The translations under genes and the position numbers were made by a program. Under the pieces are notes generated by a model that saw nothing but the letters and a program-made list of their open reading frames with translations, did not search any database and was not told the DNA's origin. A stretch of DNA of 64,000 nucleotides from Hydrolagus colliei (Eukaryota): positions 7,564,001 through 7,628,000 of the forward strand of contig CM068751.1 in NCBI GenBank assembly GCA_035084275.1, read 5' to 3'. Shown here piece by piece: positions 1-11,710 of the stretch (position 1 is the stretch's first letter; the number at the start of each line of letters is the position of its first letter).

Positions 1-163
1 TATATATACAGGGTGAATATATATATATATATATATATATATACAGGGTGAATTAAAAAACCATGATACCATTGTAATGTCTAATAACTCCTAAAGGAAT
101 TAGAATTTTTTTTAGTTAATAGGGTAGATGAAAAATAAAACGTTTTGGTCGCCCTTTACAGTA
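1..163. repeat. (TA)n microsatellite with possible Tc1/mariner MITE relic
   Basis: TA runs with two TA|CAGGGTGAA starts (about 7 and 42), resembling a Tc1/mariner terminus. A degenerate opposite end lies near 145-163. Confidence 0.35.
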
Positions 164-890
164 TACATATATAAATCTTAAATTTGCCCGAAGCTTGTAA
201 CACCAGCCAAATGAAGGTCTTCCACTGACATGACAGAAGTCGGTTGTGCAATGCACCATGTTCAATGTTGCTGCCAGTGCAGTGAACAAAGAGTGAAGCC
301 AGATCTGAGCACTAGGTGGTGTATTTGCTCAATCCTCTGCCTCTCAGATAGCCAACCTCTCTGGGATACAGCGCTAGGGTAATGAAGTAGTTTGGCTCCT
401 GCAGATAAATAAATTGATTCCATAAGAATACTGAACCCAGGAATGCTTCATTTACTAGAGAGTATCAGCAGCAGGGGGTAATGGGAAGGTATTCTTTTGA
501 GATTTGAGCTAAACTGAGGCACTCTGAGTTGTAGCATACCTGACTTATGAGTGTACAATACTGTATGACCTTTGGAAAGAATAAGTTCTTGTTTTTTTTA
601 AAAAAAATTAGCTGCATTCTTCTTCATTTCATAGTGTTTTGTACATAGCTCTGAATTAGCCTAAACTTTGAAAGAAGATAAAACATCACAAAGGCAAGGT
701 TGGTTCCTTGAGGATTTGTTGTTTGGTTTGGGTGATTTTTTTTTTAACAGGGATTCTTCATTGCCTTCATCCAGCATTACCAGCACAGAAGAAACTCTGA
801 AATCAGACTTTATAATAACAGCTCAGATGGATCTCTGCATATACTCCCACATATTCCACCACTAGAGTAACAGACCTTCACAAGACGTTA

Positions 891-1115
891 GTAATAATAA
901 TTATTATTATAATCCTTGCATTTGATATAGCGCTTTTCACGTCTTATCGACATCTCAAAGCACCTCTTAGAATATACTGTAAAGTGAATTAACTATATTT
1001 GTGGGTGAAACATTATAATAATAGTATAATCCTTGCATTTGAAATAGCAAATTATACCAATAATATAACAATAACATAATAATAATCCTTGCATTTGAAA
1101 TAGCACTTATCACAT
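891..1115 (-). mobile_element. SINE 3' fragment with three successive tail copies
   Basis: AATCCTTGCATTTGA preceded by (TAA)n occurs three times (about 911, 1028, 1084). Confidence 0.75.
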
Positions 1116-1149
1116 TGAAATATCAGAACTTGCTCCACCGCGGAGCTTC

Positions 1150-1360
1150 CTGTGCAGTGATAGTGACTGTGCGTTTTCAGATGAATCTGATCAGTAATAA
1201 TAGACATGGCAATGTCCCCACAAACTACCATAAGGGGAATTATTCCTTTTCACCTGAGGATTTATGGACCTGAGTTTTACATCTCCTCTGAAGGACAGCA
1301 CTGCCGACGATGCTGCGCTCCCCCAGCACTGACCTGGAGTGACAGCCTGGATTTATAACA
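1150..1360 (-). mobile_element. Deu-domain SINE-like fragment (ancient)
   Basis: acatctcctctgaaggacagcactgccgacgatgctgcgctcccccagcactgacctggagtgacagcctggattt resembles the reverse complement of the DeuSINE core as recalled, and matches the copies at 26.5 and 37.6 kb. Confidence 0.6.
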
Positions 1361-1669
1361 TTACCCAACCCCCAAAGACTTTACGAATGCCTCAACTTGT
1401 ATTGCAAGTAAACTCCCTGTGCTCTGTTCGATCAGATGGAATCTGAATGAATAAATAAGGGATTAAGTGGAGATTAATGACACAATCAAATGAAACACGT
1501 AGACAGTAATTTGCTAAATAAATTACAATCACCATTCATAATTCAAATGAACTCCTTGCCCAGAGGAATCTATTTCAGGATTATAAGATGGATCCACAGA
1601 AACAAGGGAAGAAAAGGAAAATGAATCCCTTAATATTTCTAAAAAGTACAGTACACCAGAGATCCTAAA

Positions 1670-1850
1670 AATAATAATAATAATCCTTCCATTTCATATT
1701 GCACCTTATCACATCTTCTGGATGTGTCAAAGCGCTTCACAGAATGTACTGTAAAGCGAATTGACAGCGTATTTTGTGAGCGAAACGCAGACCGCCAATT
1801 GCACTCAGCAGATCCCCACGAACAGTGGTAGATTGAGTGACCCAATTAAT
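1670..1850 (-). mobile_element. SINE, 5'-truncated (dominant tRNA-head/L2-tail family)
   Basis: (TAA)n tail plus tcaaagcgcttcacagaatgtactgtaaag body shared with other copies. Confidence 0.85.
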
Positions 1851-1894
1851 TCTACAGAATTGAAATAGAGTAAAAATCGTTTGTATCTTCTGAT

Positions 1895-2240
1895 GCTCCT
1901 GCTAATGGCCTGGTGAATAAAGTGCCTTAGTGTGACACTGACTTACACAGACCAGAAGGTCACAGGTTCAGTTCCTGGTCTGTGCTGAGTTAACTAGGGC
2001 AGAAGGTGGAGCAGTACAATTGGACTTGGTGCCCCTGGGCAAGGGAGGATTCCTGTTCTTGATCACCATCAAGTGACCCCTGCTGGAAAGTGCATGAGTG
2101 TTGGCTGAGGACAGTATCAAGCTTGGCTTTGATGCCCTGAATGGATTGCATAGCCTTTCTGACATTCGTGGTTTAGAAAAGAATGAACAATGTATACCTG
2201 CAACTGTGAAACCACAGCAAGTCAGTGCTTCATGAGCACC
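1895..2240 (+). mobile_element. LF-SINE-like ancient SINE
   Basis: acagaccagaaggtcacaggttcagttcctggtctgtgctgagtt...gtgacccctgctggaaagtgc...gaggacagtatcaagcttggctttgatgccc is collinear with the LF-SINE consensus as recalled. Confidence 0.75.
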
Positions 2241-3015
2241 ACCAAAATGTGCCACGTGTTTAGACCTAATTACACTTTTGAACATTAAGATTGGGCAGGA
2301 TTTTCAAAATCAGCCTTGATTTCTTTCCTGGCTCGGAAACCCGTTTTTTTTTTCCACAGGATTTAAAAAGAACCGGAGAAAGTAGACTGCAGAAAGGGTG
2401 GTCTTAAGGCTAAGAACAGAAGGCATTCCAGGCATCAAGAGAGGAAAGGAGGGGGAGGGGAATTACAAAAAATAAAGCTACCAGAACCAGCTAAAGTAAA
2501 ATGTCAGTGGCATTACACATCCTAACATCTTGTAAGCCTGAGAGGCTAGTCATAGAGTAAAACTGTGTGATGCTGCTTAATTCTGTATAATTTTTAAGTG
2601 AGTTGCTTGTGTCTATTTCCTTTGAACTATGAATGTACTAAAAATGTCCTGATTGGTATTCACTTGTTTTGGAATCCTGGCTACAGTAAGTGAAAACATG
2701 AAAGGTAAAACTGGAGTTGGATTGTGAATTCTGCTTCATTCACATCCCACCAGATCAGAAAGCAAGTCACACAGCATTTAAGTCCCTTTAGCTCTAAAAT
2801 CCACCACATTGATTGGTTTGCAACTCACTTTAATCAACATTAAGAAGTTGAATGTTTTTTTGCCACTGTAAACGGAATCAAAATGAGTCTGGACTGTTTG
2901 GATCGAGAGTTTTGTAGTCAATCGGTCATAAATCTGTAAGGGACGTGAATATAAAGGCGCAGAGTAAACAGCAGGTTTGAAGTAAACACTGCCCTGAAAC
3001 AGGGACGTCTTCAAA

Positions 3016-3335
3016 ATAATAATAGTAATCCTTGCATTTGACATAGCGCTTTTCACATCTTCTAGATGTCACAAAGCGCTTCGCTGAATATACTGTAAAG
3101 TGAATTGACGGTATATTTGTGGATGAAACGCGACAGCCAATTGCGCACAGCAGCGACCCACAAACAGTCATGGATTGAAATATCCAATTTTGTTATTGTG
3201 TTTTTTTTTAGGGATTATTATTAGGAATGTGGAGTAAGGAAACTTGCCCAAGGTTTCGTCCTGACCTGCCTGGATTTGAACACAGATCTCTCGCTTGTAA
3301 GGCGAGTGCTCTCACCACTGAGCTACGGGATTCCG
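3016..3335 (-). mobile_element. Full-length tRNA-derived SINE with L2-like tail
   Basis: Head with A box (TAGCTCAGTGG) and B box (GTTCAAATCC) at about 3270-3330, body, and tail ...AAATGCAAGGATTACTATTATT. Confidence 0.9.
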
Positions 3336-3796
3336 CATGGGCAGAGAAAACATAGAGTTAAATAACATTAAAAACTGTCTTTTTCTGAGTGCTTTCCCAA
3401 ACTAAACGATCAAAGGGTTAGAGTGTTTTTGCGACCCAGTCACTACCTGAAGCCATTTGGAGTTCTTTTATTATTATTATTTACAGCACAGTTAATAGTA
3501 TGGATTGGAATTTATTTGGTTTTGCGCCACCTTGTGGCAGAAGTGCCATATATTTCCTCCTCCGCACTCCTTCCCCCAGCAGATTGGCAATTCTGGACTC
3601 TACAGGACTCTCTCTGATTAATGATCAGTGCAGGATTGCTAACCTCTATGATTTTGATCATTTACAAAATGCTACCTGCCATAACCCTGGCATATGATAA
3701 AACATGGGGATTGTTAGTAACTTTGAGCATAATGTCTGCAAGTCTAGTTTTTGAACTATCAGATTTCTAAAAGCTGCCATTAAATGCTGGACTAGA

Positions 3797-4097
3797 ATAA
3801 TAATCCTTAATAATCCTTGCATTAATATAGTGCTTTTCACATCTTCTGGACGTCTCAAAGCGCTTCACAGAATATACTGTAAAGTAAATTGACTGTATAT
3901 TTGTGGGCGAAACGCGGCAGCGTCCCACAAACAGTCGTGGTTTGAAATGACTCATTTATTATGTTTTTGGGGGGACAGATTATTATTCAGTACGTGGAGT
4001 AAGGAAACTTACCCAAGGTTTCACTCAGCCTAGATTTGAAACACAGGTCTCACGCTTATAAGGCAAGTGGTCTAACCACTGAGCTACAGGACTCCAA
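3797..4097 (-). mobile_element. Near full-length SINE (same family)
   Basis: Head, body and tail present, with a small internal deletion and a duplicated TAATCCTT in the tail. Confidence 0.9.
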
Positions 4098-4455
4098 ATG
4101 CTGGACTATTGCTAGAATACTGCATTCATGCTTATCATTTTGATGTTACACAGCATTGAATTGCACATGTGCAAGCGAATAAGGTAAATTATACTTTACA
4201 CCCCAACAGTGCTTCATAAATGCATTTTTTATCATTGCAATTACTTTAGTTTCAAATCGAATCAACTATTCTTGCGCCTTTCGATAAATTCATTTCAAAT
4301 ATTTTACATTTGCAGAACCAGAACAACATAATTCAAAATACTGCAGAAATACCAGTCGAGCACAAGAGAAATGGAACTGATCATCCCATTAACTGATTAC
4401 CAGTGACAGAAAAATCAAAAAATTATACTGGCCCAGGACCAGTGAAAATAACATC

Positions 4456-4570
4456 AGTAATAATCCTTGCATTTTATATGTGCCTCATCACATTGTCGAG
4501 ACATCTCAAAGCGCTTCATGAGATATAAAGTCAAGTGGATTGACAGTGTATTTTGTGAGCGAAACATAGC
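4456..4570 (-). mobile_element. SINE 3' fragment
   Basis: taatccttgcatttt...acatctcaaagcgcttcatgag matches the family tail. Confidence 0.75.
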
Positions 4571-4639
4571 TTTTGGATTTGTATAGAATATTATGGTATA
4601 GACTATATTTGTTACAGAAACAATTATAGACATAGAATT

Positions 4640-5000
4640 GCATACACTCATTCAGCTCAACTAGTGGTTACCCTACATCATTCTCCACCCCTTCTATTTG
4701 CATCTCCTTTACCCCATTTATTCCCTTTCCCTTCTTGTATGCATAAATTCTCCTCTTAAATATATTGATACTTTTTGCTTGAACCACCGTTCCAGCAATG
4801 ATGTTGCCACGAACCTCTGTATAAAGAAATACCTTGTAAACTTGCTGCTAATGGCTAATTTATATTTATGCTTATTTTTAAGGCATCAGCTAGCGGAAAA
4901 CAATTTATCAATGTACACTCTGTCAAACTTATGTTAATTACCTTTTGTCTTTTAACTTGTATCAATTCAAGGCTTATTGACAACCACTGGAACCCTGTCC
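4640..5000 (-). mobile_element. Degenerate CR1-like LINE 3' fragment
   Basis: Pyrimidine-rich tract (ccccatttattccctttccc...acgaacctctgtataaagaaat...gacaaccactggaa) similar to the copy at 46640-47090. Confidence 0.45.
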
Positions 5001-5787
5001 TTAAGCATTTTGTTTACGCAAACTGTGAACACAGGTTTCTGCTAATATAGATTAATGTCACCTTTCAATACTCAGTGTGTTGAGATGACAGGTAAATTGA
5101 AGACAATATAGCTTGCAGAGTAAATTCATCTCACACTTGAGTATGTGATGTTTGCAATTTTATAGTCAATTCAAAACATCAGAGCTAACTGAATGAGTTG
5201 TGTAGAAAGGAGCTTTCCTTTTGCCGTATAAAGAAAAGCAGTTGTCATGTACAGTATTTATAAAGGTTATGAATCATGTTTCAAATGTTAAGCAATACTT
5301 TTCTGAGCAAAAGCATAAAACGTGATGTTCAATACCACAGCAATAACAACAGTTTGCATTTATACTGTGCCTTACACATGGGATAATATTCACTGGTGCG
5401 GTGTCAGACACCGAACAAGAGAAAGGGTGGGATGGGGGGGAAAGAGGCCAACATACAAACTCACTCCACAGAAAACAAAATCAGGCATTTAAACGTACAT
5501 CTATTGTATCACTTAGCGATATACTAGTTTCTAGAGGAATAATGCTAGGAGAATTCCAGTTTCTCTCGTGTTATGTCAGTTATTCTCTTTAAGCGGCTGT
5601 CCTTGGCATTCCTTTGTTTTACTGCATTCAGCTGCTGCAAGTCCTCTTTGGCTTGTAGAACTTTAAAGCCAACTCCGATTCACCAGCTTGTGCCTTATAC
5701 ATACACACATTATTGAGGCTATTGAGTTGAAAATCTGTGTGTTTGTTTTTGGAGAGCAAGTTCCGACCCTCTTCCTTGCGCACACGT

Positions 5788-6117
5788 TTATAACACGTTT
5801 TCATCCTCAAAGTCAAACGCAAAAGATGAGACGTATTTTTTGGAATTTTTCTCTTTCAAATAATCCTCGTAAGGATCTTTCGTGGCTTTCTGATTCTTTG
5901 AACGCATATAGCCAAAAAAGACAGTTAAGGCCAGGAACGAGTAGAACAGCATGACAAAGATGACAAAGAAATAGGAGTTTTCGTACAGTTTCTGTTGAGG
6001 GTCTTCGGAAGCCGTGACATTCAGTTGCACTTCATTGACTTGCCTTTCATCCAAAGATTCTTTTAAAATCTTTCTGATGCACGTCGAAAAAAGGGCAATC
6101 AATGTAGTCTTGTTCAT
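5788..6117 (-). CDS. KCNE-family (MinK/MiRP) single-pass K+ channel beta subunit, 109 aa; candidate KCNE6-like
   Basis: MNKTT...NVT...ENSYFFVIFVMLFYSFLALTVFFGYMRSKNQKATKDPYEDYLKE. Two N-glycosylation sequons (NKT, NVT), one transmembrane helix, and the KCNE signature GYxRSK...DPYxxYL. ATG has A at -3 (GTCAAGATG). Single coding exon, as in other KCNE genes. The ORF stays open in frame up to 6366. Confidence 0.9.
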   Translation of the reverse strand: MNKTTLIALFSTCIRKILKESLDERQVNEVQLNVTASEDPQQKLYENSYFFVIFVMLFYSFLALTVFFGYMRSKNQKATKDPYEDYLKEKNSKKYVSSFAFDFEDENVL

Positions 6118-9100
6118 CTTGACGCTGCTCAGGAATAATGTGGCAGTGTGTAGACTTGCTGAGCGAAGATAACTGGACTCTAGATTTGGTAAGGAATGCA
6201 GAAGCCCGATAATAAAATAACATTCTTCAGATAATGTATCCTGTGGTACAATGTCAGCCCTCAGCCCTTGGTTATTTTGGTCCAGACGCATCATTTCAGT
6301 ATATTTATTTTCTTCTCTCTGAACGATCCCCCATTTATTTTCCACGAAAATGCCAAACTTCATCATTTATCTTAAAAAGATTAGCCTATACACACACACA
6401 CTGGAATATACTGTGCCACCAGTGCTGGCAATATACACGATCACTAAAGACCATTTACTGGCTGGCAATGTGTACAAAGCATAGTGAATTAACCCATGTG
6501 TTAATCAGAGAAAGGGATGAGTAAGGCATTGCAAACTTCACCCCCAATAGATGGATTGGGAGACTCCTGTACTGAATATGATTTAGTTGAAAATAATTTT
6601 GAATTCATTTTGGATGTATTTTTTTAAAAAATTGCAGACTATGTTTCCTATGTTTCCTTGCTGGATATTGAGTTGTTTGATCTGCTCCCCTTCTCTGAAG
6701 GACGGTCTCTTGTGTTGGGGTTGGTTCAAAAGCAAAAAAGGAGCAAACTAGCCACAAGTTTTTTATATTCAAAGTTCCTTTGTGGAAAGTTATCCCTCGC
6801 TGCTACAAACTGTCAGCATCGTAGACTTACAGTTCTGCTGTCAAATCTGTGGGGTTTATGATCGACGAGATCCTTTGTTAATTGTTTGTGTACTTTTTAT
6901 CCCCTTTAAACCTTTGATTGCCAGAACCAACTGAAACGAAAGACTGTGTCAAGGAACCATGGGGCCAAGGGTTAAGTTATCCTCAATATGTGTTTGCTTT
7001 GCATGTGCGCACTAGCACAATAAAGGTAAAGTGGTCAACAGTCCACTCTCCCTCAGTATTATGTTTTACAGGTTAAGTCACACTAAAGTAAATTGTTGCT
7101 TTACTGAGAAGTGAAACATTATCTCTCTGCATCAAGATTACTTCACTGGATGACAGTAACAGCTGCTTTTGTGATCTAGCCACTCTGGAATCATGGCAAA
7201 AACACAAGAGTTGCTTTGAAGTGGCATGCGCTTTAAAAAAAAGTCATATTTTGCAAGCTTAATGCTGTTGCTTTAAGTGTGACCTCTGCTCTGATTCTGT
7301 GATGACTGTTCCATGTACACATATTGTGTTATATCTGAATGGCTGTTGCAGCCTGTGTTTGTCATTAGAACCCAGCAGTAAAACCCATGAAAGCAAAAGC
7401 TTTTATATATATATATATCTATATATATATATTTAAAAAGGTTAGAAACCTAGCTTTACCCAGATCAGTAATAGCTGTGATGAAGTTCCAGATAAAAATA
7501 AATGAATGAACATCTTCAGTTTTATTCTTACTGCTTTTTCCTGATTCAGCTTCTTAAAGATAAAGCGTAAAATCAATTCTCATTTGAAAAAATTGGGATA
7601 TTCAGGTTGAATTCCTTCCAAATAGTTAATCATTAAATTACATTATGTTACATAAGGTTAGTTGCTGTTTGATGTATAAAATTGTGAGATTTTACAGCAG
7701 AAAAACAAGTGAGGAAATTTACAATATTAAATGAAATTTCATTTTGATTGCAAGAAGAAGGTCTAATTTAAGAAGAAATGATGTAATCTTCATATTATCT
7801 TTCTTCTTGATTTGGGCACTTTTTAAATGCGTTTACAACAATTCAGTCTTAAAACTTTAGACGGTTGAGGATATTAATCCTTTGTGCTATTATTTTTTCC
7901 AATAATAATGACTGTGCATTTTACTATATTATTTTGATCCACTGAAAAACATTAATAGCTTTTTCCGCAAAAAAAAACTACAGTAGCAACAGAATATTGT
8001 AGATAATTCTGTTGGATATTGATAAGTATTGGGAAAGTCTTTACCTGAAGCTGGGAGAATTCACATAAACTCAAATCCTGAGTTTTGTTGTTCTGTGTAA
8101 AACAGCAGTATTTCTACTTGACCTATTAAGTGACCAGTGTAATTGTTTGTGTGACATGAAGGTTTCTTCTCTGATCTACTTAGTGACACAGGTACCAAGT
8201 TATGGTTGAACTCTGGACTGGATATTCGCATAAACTCCAAACCTGAGTTTTATTGTCATCTGCTACTATCAGCACAGCAGAGAAACTAAAAGACAGTCAC
8301 AAGAAGTTTGAGACTTTACTTATAGTGACTTTGAACTGGTATTTCTTCAATAAAACAGAGGTCTCAGAGCTCAATTCAAGGCCTTTGTGAATCAAACCTG
8401 CTGTGATATCATAATCTAAAATGCAGAAATCCAAATATAGTAGTTACCCATAGATCATTCGTTGAATAAGAAATCCAATGAGAAATGTGAACCACATTAT
8501 CACACAACTTGAATAAGTATTATATAGTAGAATTGTGTAAATCTAAGTATGGCTGGTACGCTGTGACAAATTGCACAGAAAACAGAATGTTTCTCAAACA
8601 TCAACCTTCTCTGAATAGACTGGAAAGATGAAACTGTTGTGGATGTCAATTCTGACCTAGTGGGCATTGTCACCACATGGAGGGTGCCATGCATTACGAT
8701 GCACGAATCAATAATGATAAGAAATGTGCCATTACTGTACCGTGTTGCTCAGTGTTAAAGTAATGCGTGAACACACCCTCATTGAGAACAACAATCTATT
8801 GGAAGTCACGCACCTTTTGTAAGATCAACAAAAAACTTAAGGTAGATAATGTACCGAAGACATCAAAATGCAGAGTGTGTTGCTCATCATGTGAAGTGCT
8901 AACACACAATCCACTGGACGACAAGAAGGAGCCCAAGATATCTTCATATCACTCCCTGCTCACTAACATTACTCGTAAAAAAAAAACAAATCTCCAGTGG
9001 GAAGCCTATGTGTTTGATTTACGTGTACGAGACAAAGTGGTTACATAGTTTAATTGAGCAGTAACTCAGTTAATATGACAAATGTACAAGTCAATCAAAA

Positions 9101-9397
9101 AAATCACTTCTAGGGTGAGATTCCTTCACCGATACACAATGGTATGCGAGTTTCCAGACAACACCTCAGGGAAAGGTTGACGATATAATTGACTAAACGC
9201 AACTGATCTAGTGATGAGCAGCAGTGCCTTAAATTAACTTTAACTTCGGGAGATTCACTACCATGTTTTTTTAATTATACTTTCACTGTCACTTTGAAAA
9301 AAACATCTTTGAACTCCCACCGTTTGTGTATCATTACTTCTTGAATTATGGCTCATTCCATCTGTATCAGATAGCAGAAAAAGGTAATTATTTCATT

Positions 9398-9702
9398 ATT
9401 ATAATAATAATAAGAAGAATCTTTGTATTTGATATAGCGCTTTCCACATCTTCTAAGCATCTCAAAGCGCTTTACAGAATATACGATAAAGTGAATTTAC
9501 TGTATATTTGTTGGTGACCTGTGGTGGCTAATTGTGCACAGCAGTGTCCCACAAACAGTCATGGATTGAAGTGACCAATTTATTATAGTTTTTTTCTTGA
9601 GGGATTCTTATCAGGCGTGTGGAGTAAGGAAACTTGCCAGGAATCGAACCCAGGCCTCTCGCTTGCGAGGTGCGTGCTCGATCCACTGAGCTACAGGACT
9701 CT
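9398..9702 (-). mobile_element. Full-length SINE (same family)
   Basis: Head GAGTCCTGTAGCTCAGTGGATCGAGCAC...GGGTTCGATTCC, followed by body and tail. Confidence 0.9.
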
Positions 9703-10599
9703 TGATTATTATTGCTATTATCCAACAAATGTTTAAATCATTTTGTACAATTTTATGACTGAGAATATTATTATTAATATAAATAATAATCCTGCCAATT
9801 CGTGCAGCATAATTCATGAACATCATGAGGAGGACTGTAATGTGTAGCGGCTGTGTGCCTTGTAAGCAAAGGTGGCCATGAATTGTGCACACATCAATGA
9901 CCCACCCACAACCACGGTTTGAACAATCGGTTTATCTTAAATGGGCTTCACTGTAAAACCTTCTCTGCTGTTAAATCTAGATGGCCAAGCTGAGAAGTTG
10001 TTTTAGAGATTCTCACCTGTATAAAGTTTCAGAAAATGTTGGGATTACAAGGTTGTAAAGATATAAATGTGGGGAAATGCAGGGTCTACAGTACTTTCAC
10101 CCTCTCCCCTCGTATTAGCTTGTTCCCGTCATTTTCTGTGTTACTTCTCTCAGACCCTCTTTTTGTGTGACCGCTCAATTATCGCGGTAATATAATGACT
10201 GACCACATGATGGCATGGTTTGGCAATTATGCTACAAAGATCCCAGGATGGCATGAACAAAATACCACTGACTGTAGAGTGAATACCATGACCAACAGGA
10301 ACACTCTGTATAGTATGGATTACTGAATATTTCTGCATTCATCCATGAAGCTTTATAAGAATTTACTGGACTCCCCAAAAAATTATGGACAACCGATCAG
10401 TCAATATGTTACTGCAAGAGCAGAAAATTTCTTCTCAGAAGTGCTTCAACCATAACAATTTTCTTCCTTTGTACTTTTTGACACGGGAAGGGAACCTCGC
10501 AGCCACACGGAAAAGTTGGGCTTTCGATTCTTCTTAGTCTGGTAATAGATGCCAAATATATTCTGTCTTTTCTGATAATAAGAAAACCTATTGTTCATG

Positions 10600-10760
10600 G
10601 TCATGGCTGTTTGTGGGACATTTCTGTGTGCTAATTGGCAGCTGCATTTTGCCTATAAAAATATACACAGTCACCACACTTTACGGCGAATCCTGAGATG
10701 TGCCTTGAGATTTCCTCCGAACGTGAAAGGGGCTATGTCAAATGCAAGGATCACTATCAC
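10600..10760 (+). mobile_element. Diverged SINE 3' half
   Basis: ctgtttgtgggacatttctgtgtgctaattggc...atgtcaaatgcaaggatcacta matches the family body and tail. Confidence 0.75.
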
Positions 10761-11329
10761 CATTTCTAGTAATCTTGGGGACTGACAGGTAGTAAATTTA
10801 GTTTAGTTAATGCGTTGCAAACCATGCTTTCTTAACCAAAGCCAATTCTATAATCTAATCGTTTATCATTTAACGGAACTGTTCACGACTGGCGGGTTGA
10901 GGTCTTGGAGATGGAGTTTTGATTGCGTCGCTTAAGGAAACCAGTGAGGGAAGTAAACTTGTTTATTGCCATCCCTGTAAAGCACCTGTTCTGTTAGCTC
11001 TTCTCAGGGGAGAGGTGAATTGGGTTGCACTTTCAGAGTTACGATGTCTCGAACACGTTAATCATGTGATCTATGTGTGCTTCGAAATCACCTGGCCGCA
11101 AATCTCTGGAGTCTGATGCTACAGCTGTGATCAGTTATATAGGGTTTGAAACATTAGCAGGGTAATAATTCTAGTTGTGTTTTGTACAGTGATGACACAG
11201 CCTCTTTAGGAAAATTGTGCGCAGCTCCCAGCTGCTTGGACAGCAACCTTCAGGTGTCCCATTTGAGCAGTTATCTTTTGGGGGGGAAAAGAATCAAATC
11301 GCCTCTAAATTTCTCCCATCAGAAAAATA

Positions 11330-11484
11330 ATGGTCACTCAATCCAGGACTCCTTGTGGGACGCTGCTGTAAACAATAGGCTGCCACGTTTCACCACAAAC
11401 TATACAGTCAATTCACTTCACAGTATATTACGTAAAGTGCTTTGAGACATCTTGAGGACTTGATAAGGTGATACATCTAATGCT
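11330..11484 (+). mobile_element. SINE 3' half
   Basis: Family body and tail; abuts an oppositely oriented copy. Confidence 0.8.
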
Positions 11485-11710
11485 GTAGAGTGAATTACCG
11501 TATTTTTGAGGGCGAAACCCAGCAGCCAATTGCGCACAGCAGTGTCCCATAAACAGTCATGAATTGAAGTGACAATTTTTTTTTGGGGGGATGGATTATT
11601 ATCAGATGTGTGGAGTAAGGAAACTTGCCCAAGGAATCTCTCTGCCGGCAATCGAACTCAGGTCTCTCACTTGCAAGGCGAGTGCTCTAACCACTGAGCT
11701 ATAGGACTCA
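11485..11710 (-). mobile_element. SINE head and body, tail missing
   Basis: A and B boxes at about 11650-11705; body extends to about 11487. Confidence 0.85.

Noticed and set aside
2926-3171. Recurring short ORFs with ...[35 protein letters not shown]... (also 1639, 3767, 22919, 47130, 58458)
   Set aside because: Translations of SINE copies with variable frames and stops; not a gene family or a CRISPR-like array.
5788-6366. Assignment of the KCNE ORF as KCNE4, the known KCNE neighbour of PAX3
   Set aside because: It is on the wrong side of Pax3, has a short C-terminus, has DPY and lacks the KCNE4 tetra-leucine motif.
8500-8694. Minus ORF containing SIQRRLMFEKHS, resembling Pax7 tail STQRRMKLGEHS, with a CTAG acceptor at about 8657 and CAGCCATACTTAG near 8543
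   Set aside because: Six identities in 12 residues can arise by chance in this search space. The CTAG acceptor and the strong TTTCCAG acceptor are out of phase with exon 8, and the in-phase AACAG is weak. Pax3 exon 9 is itself the more parsimonious homolog of that Pax7 exon. Worth at most a quick TBLASTN.
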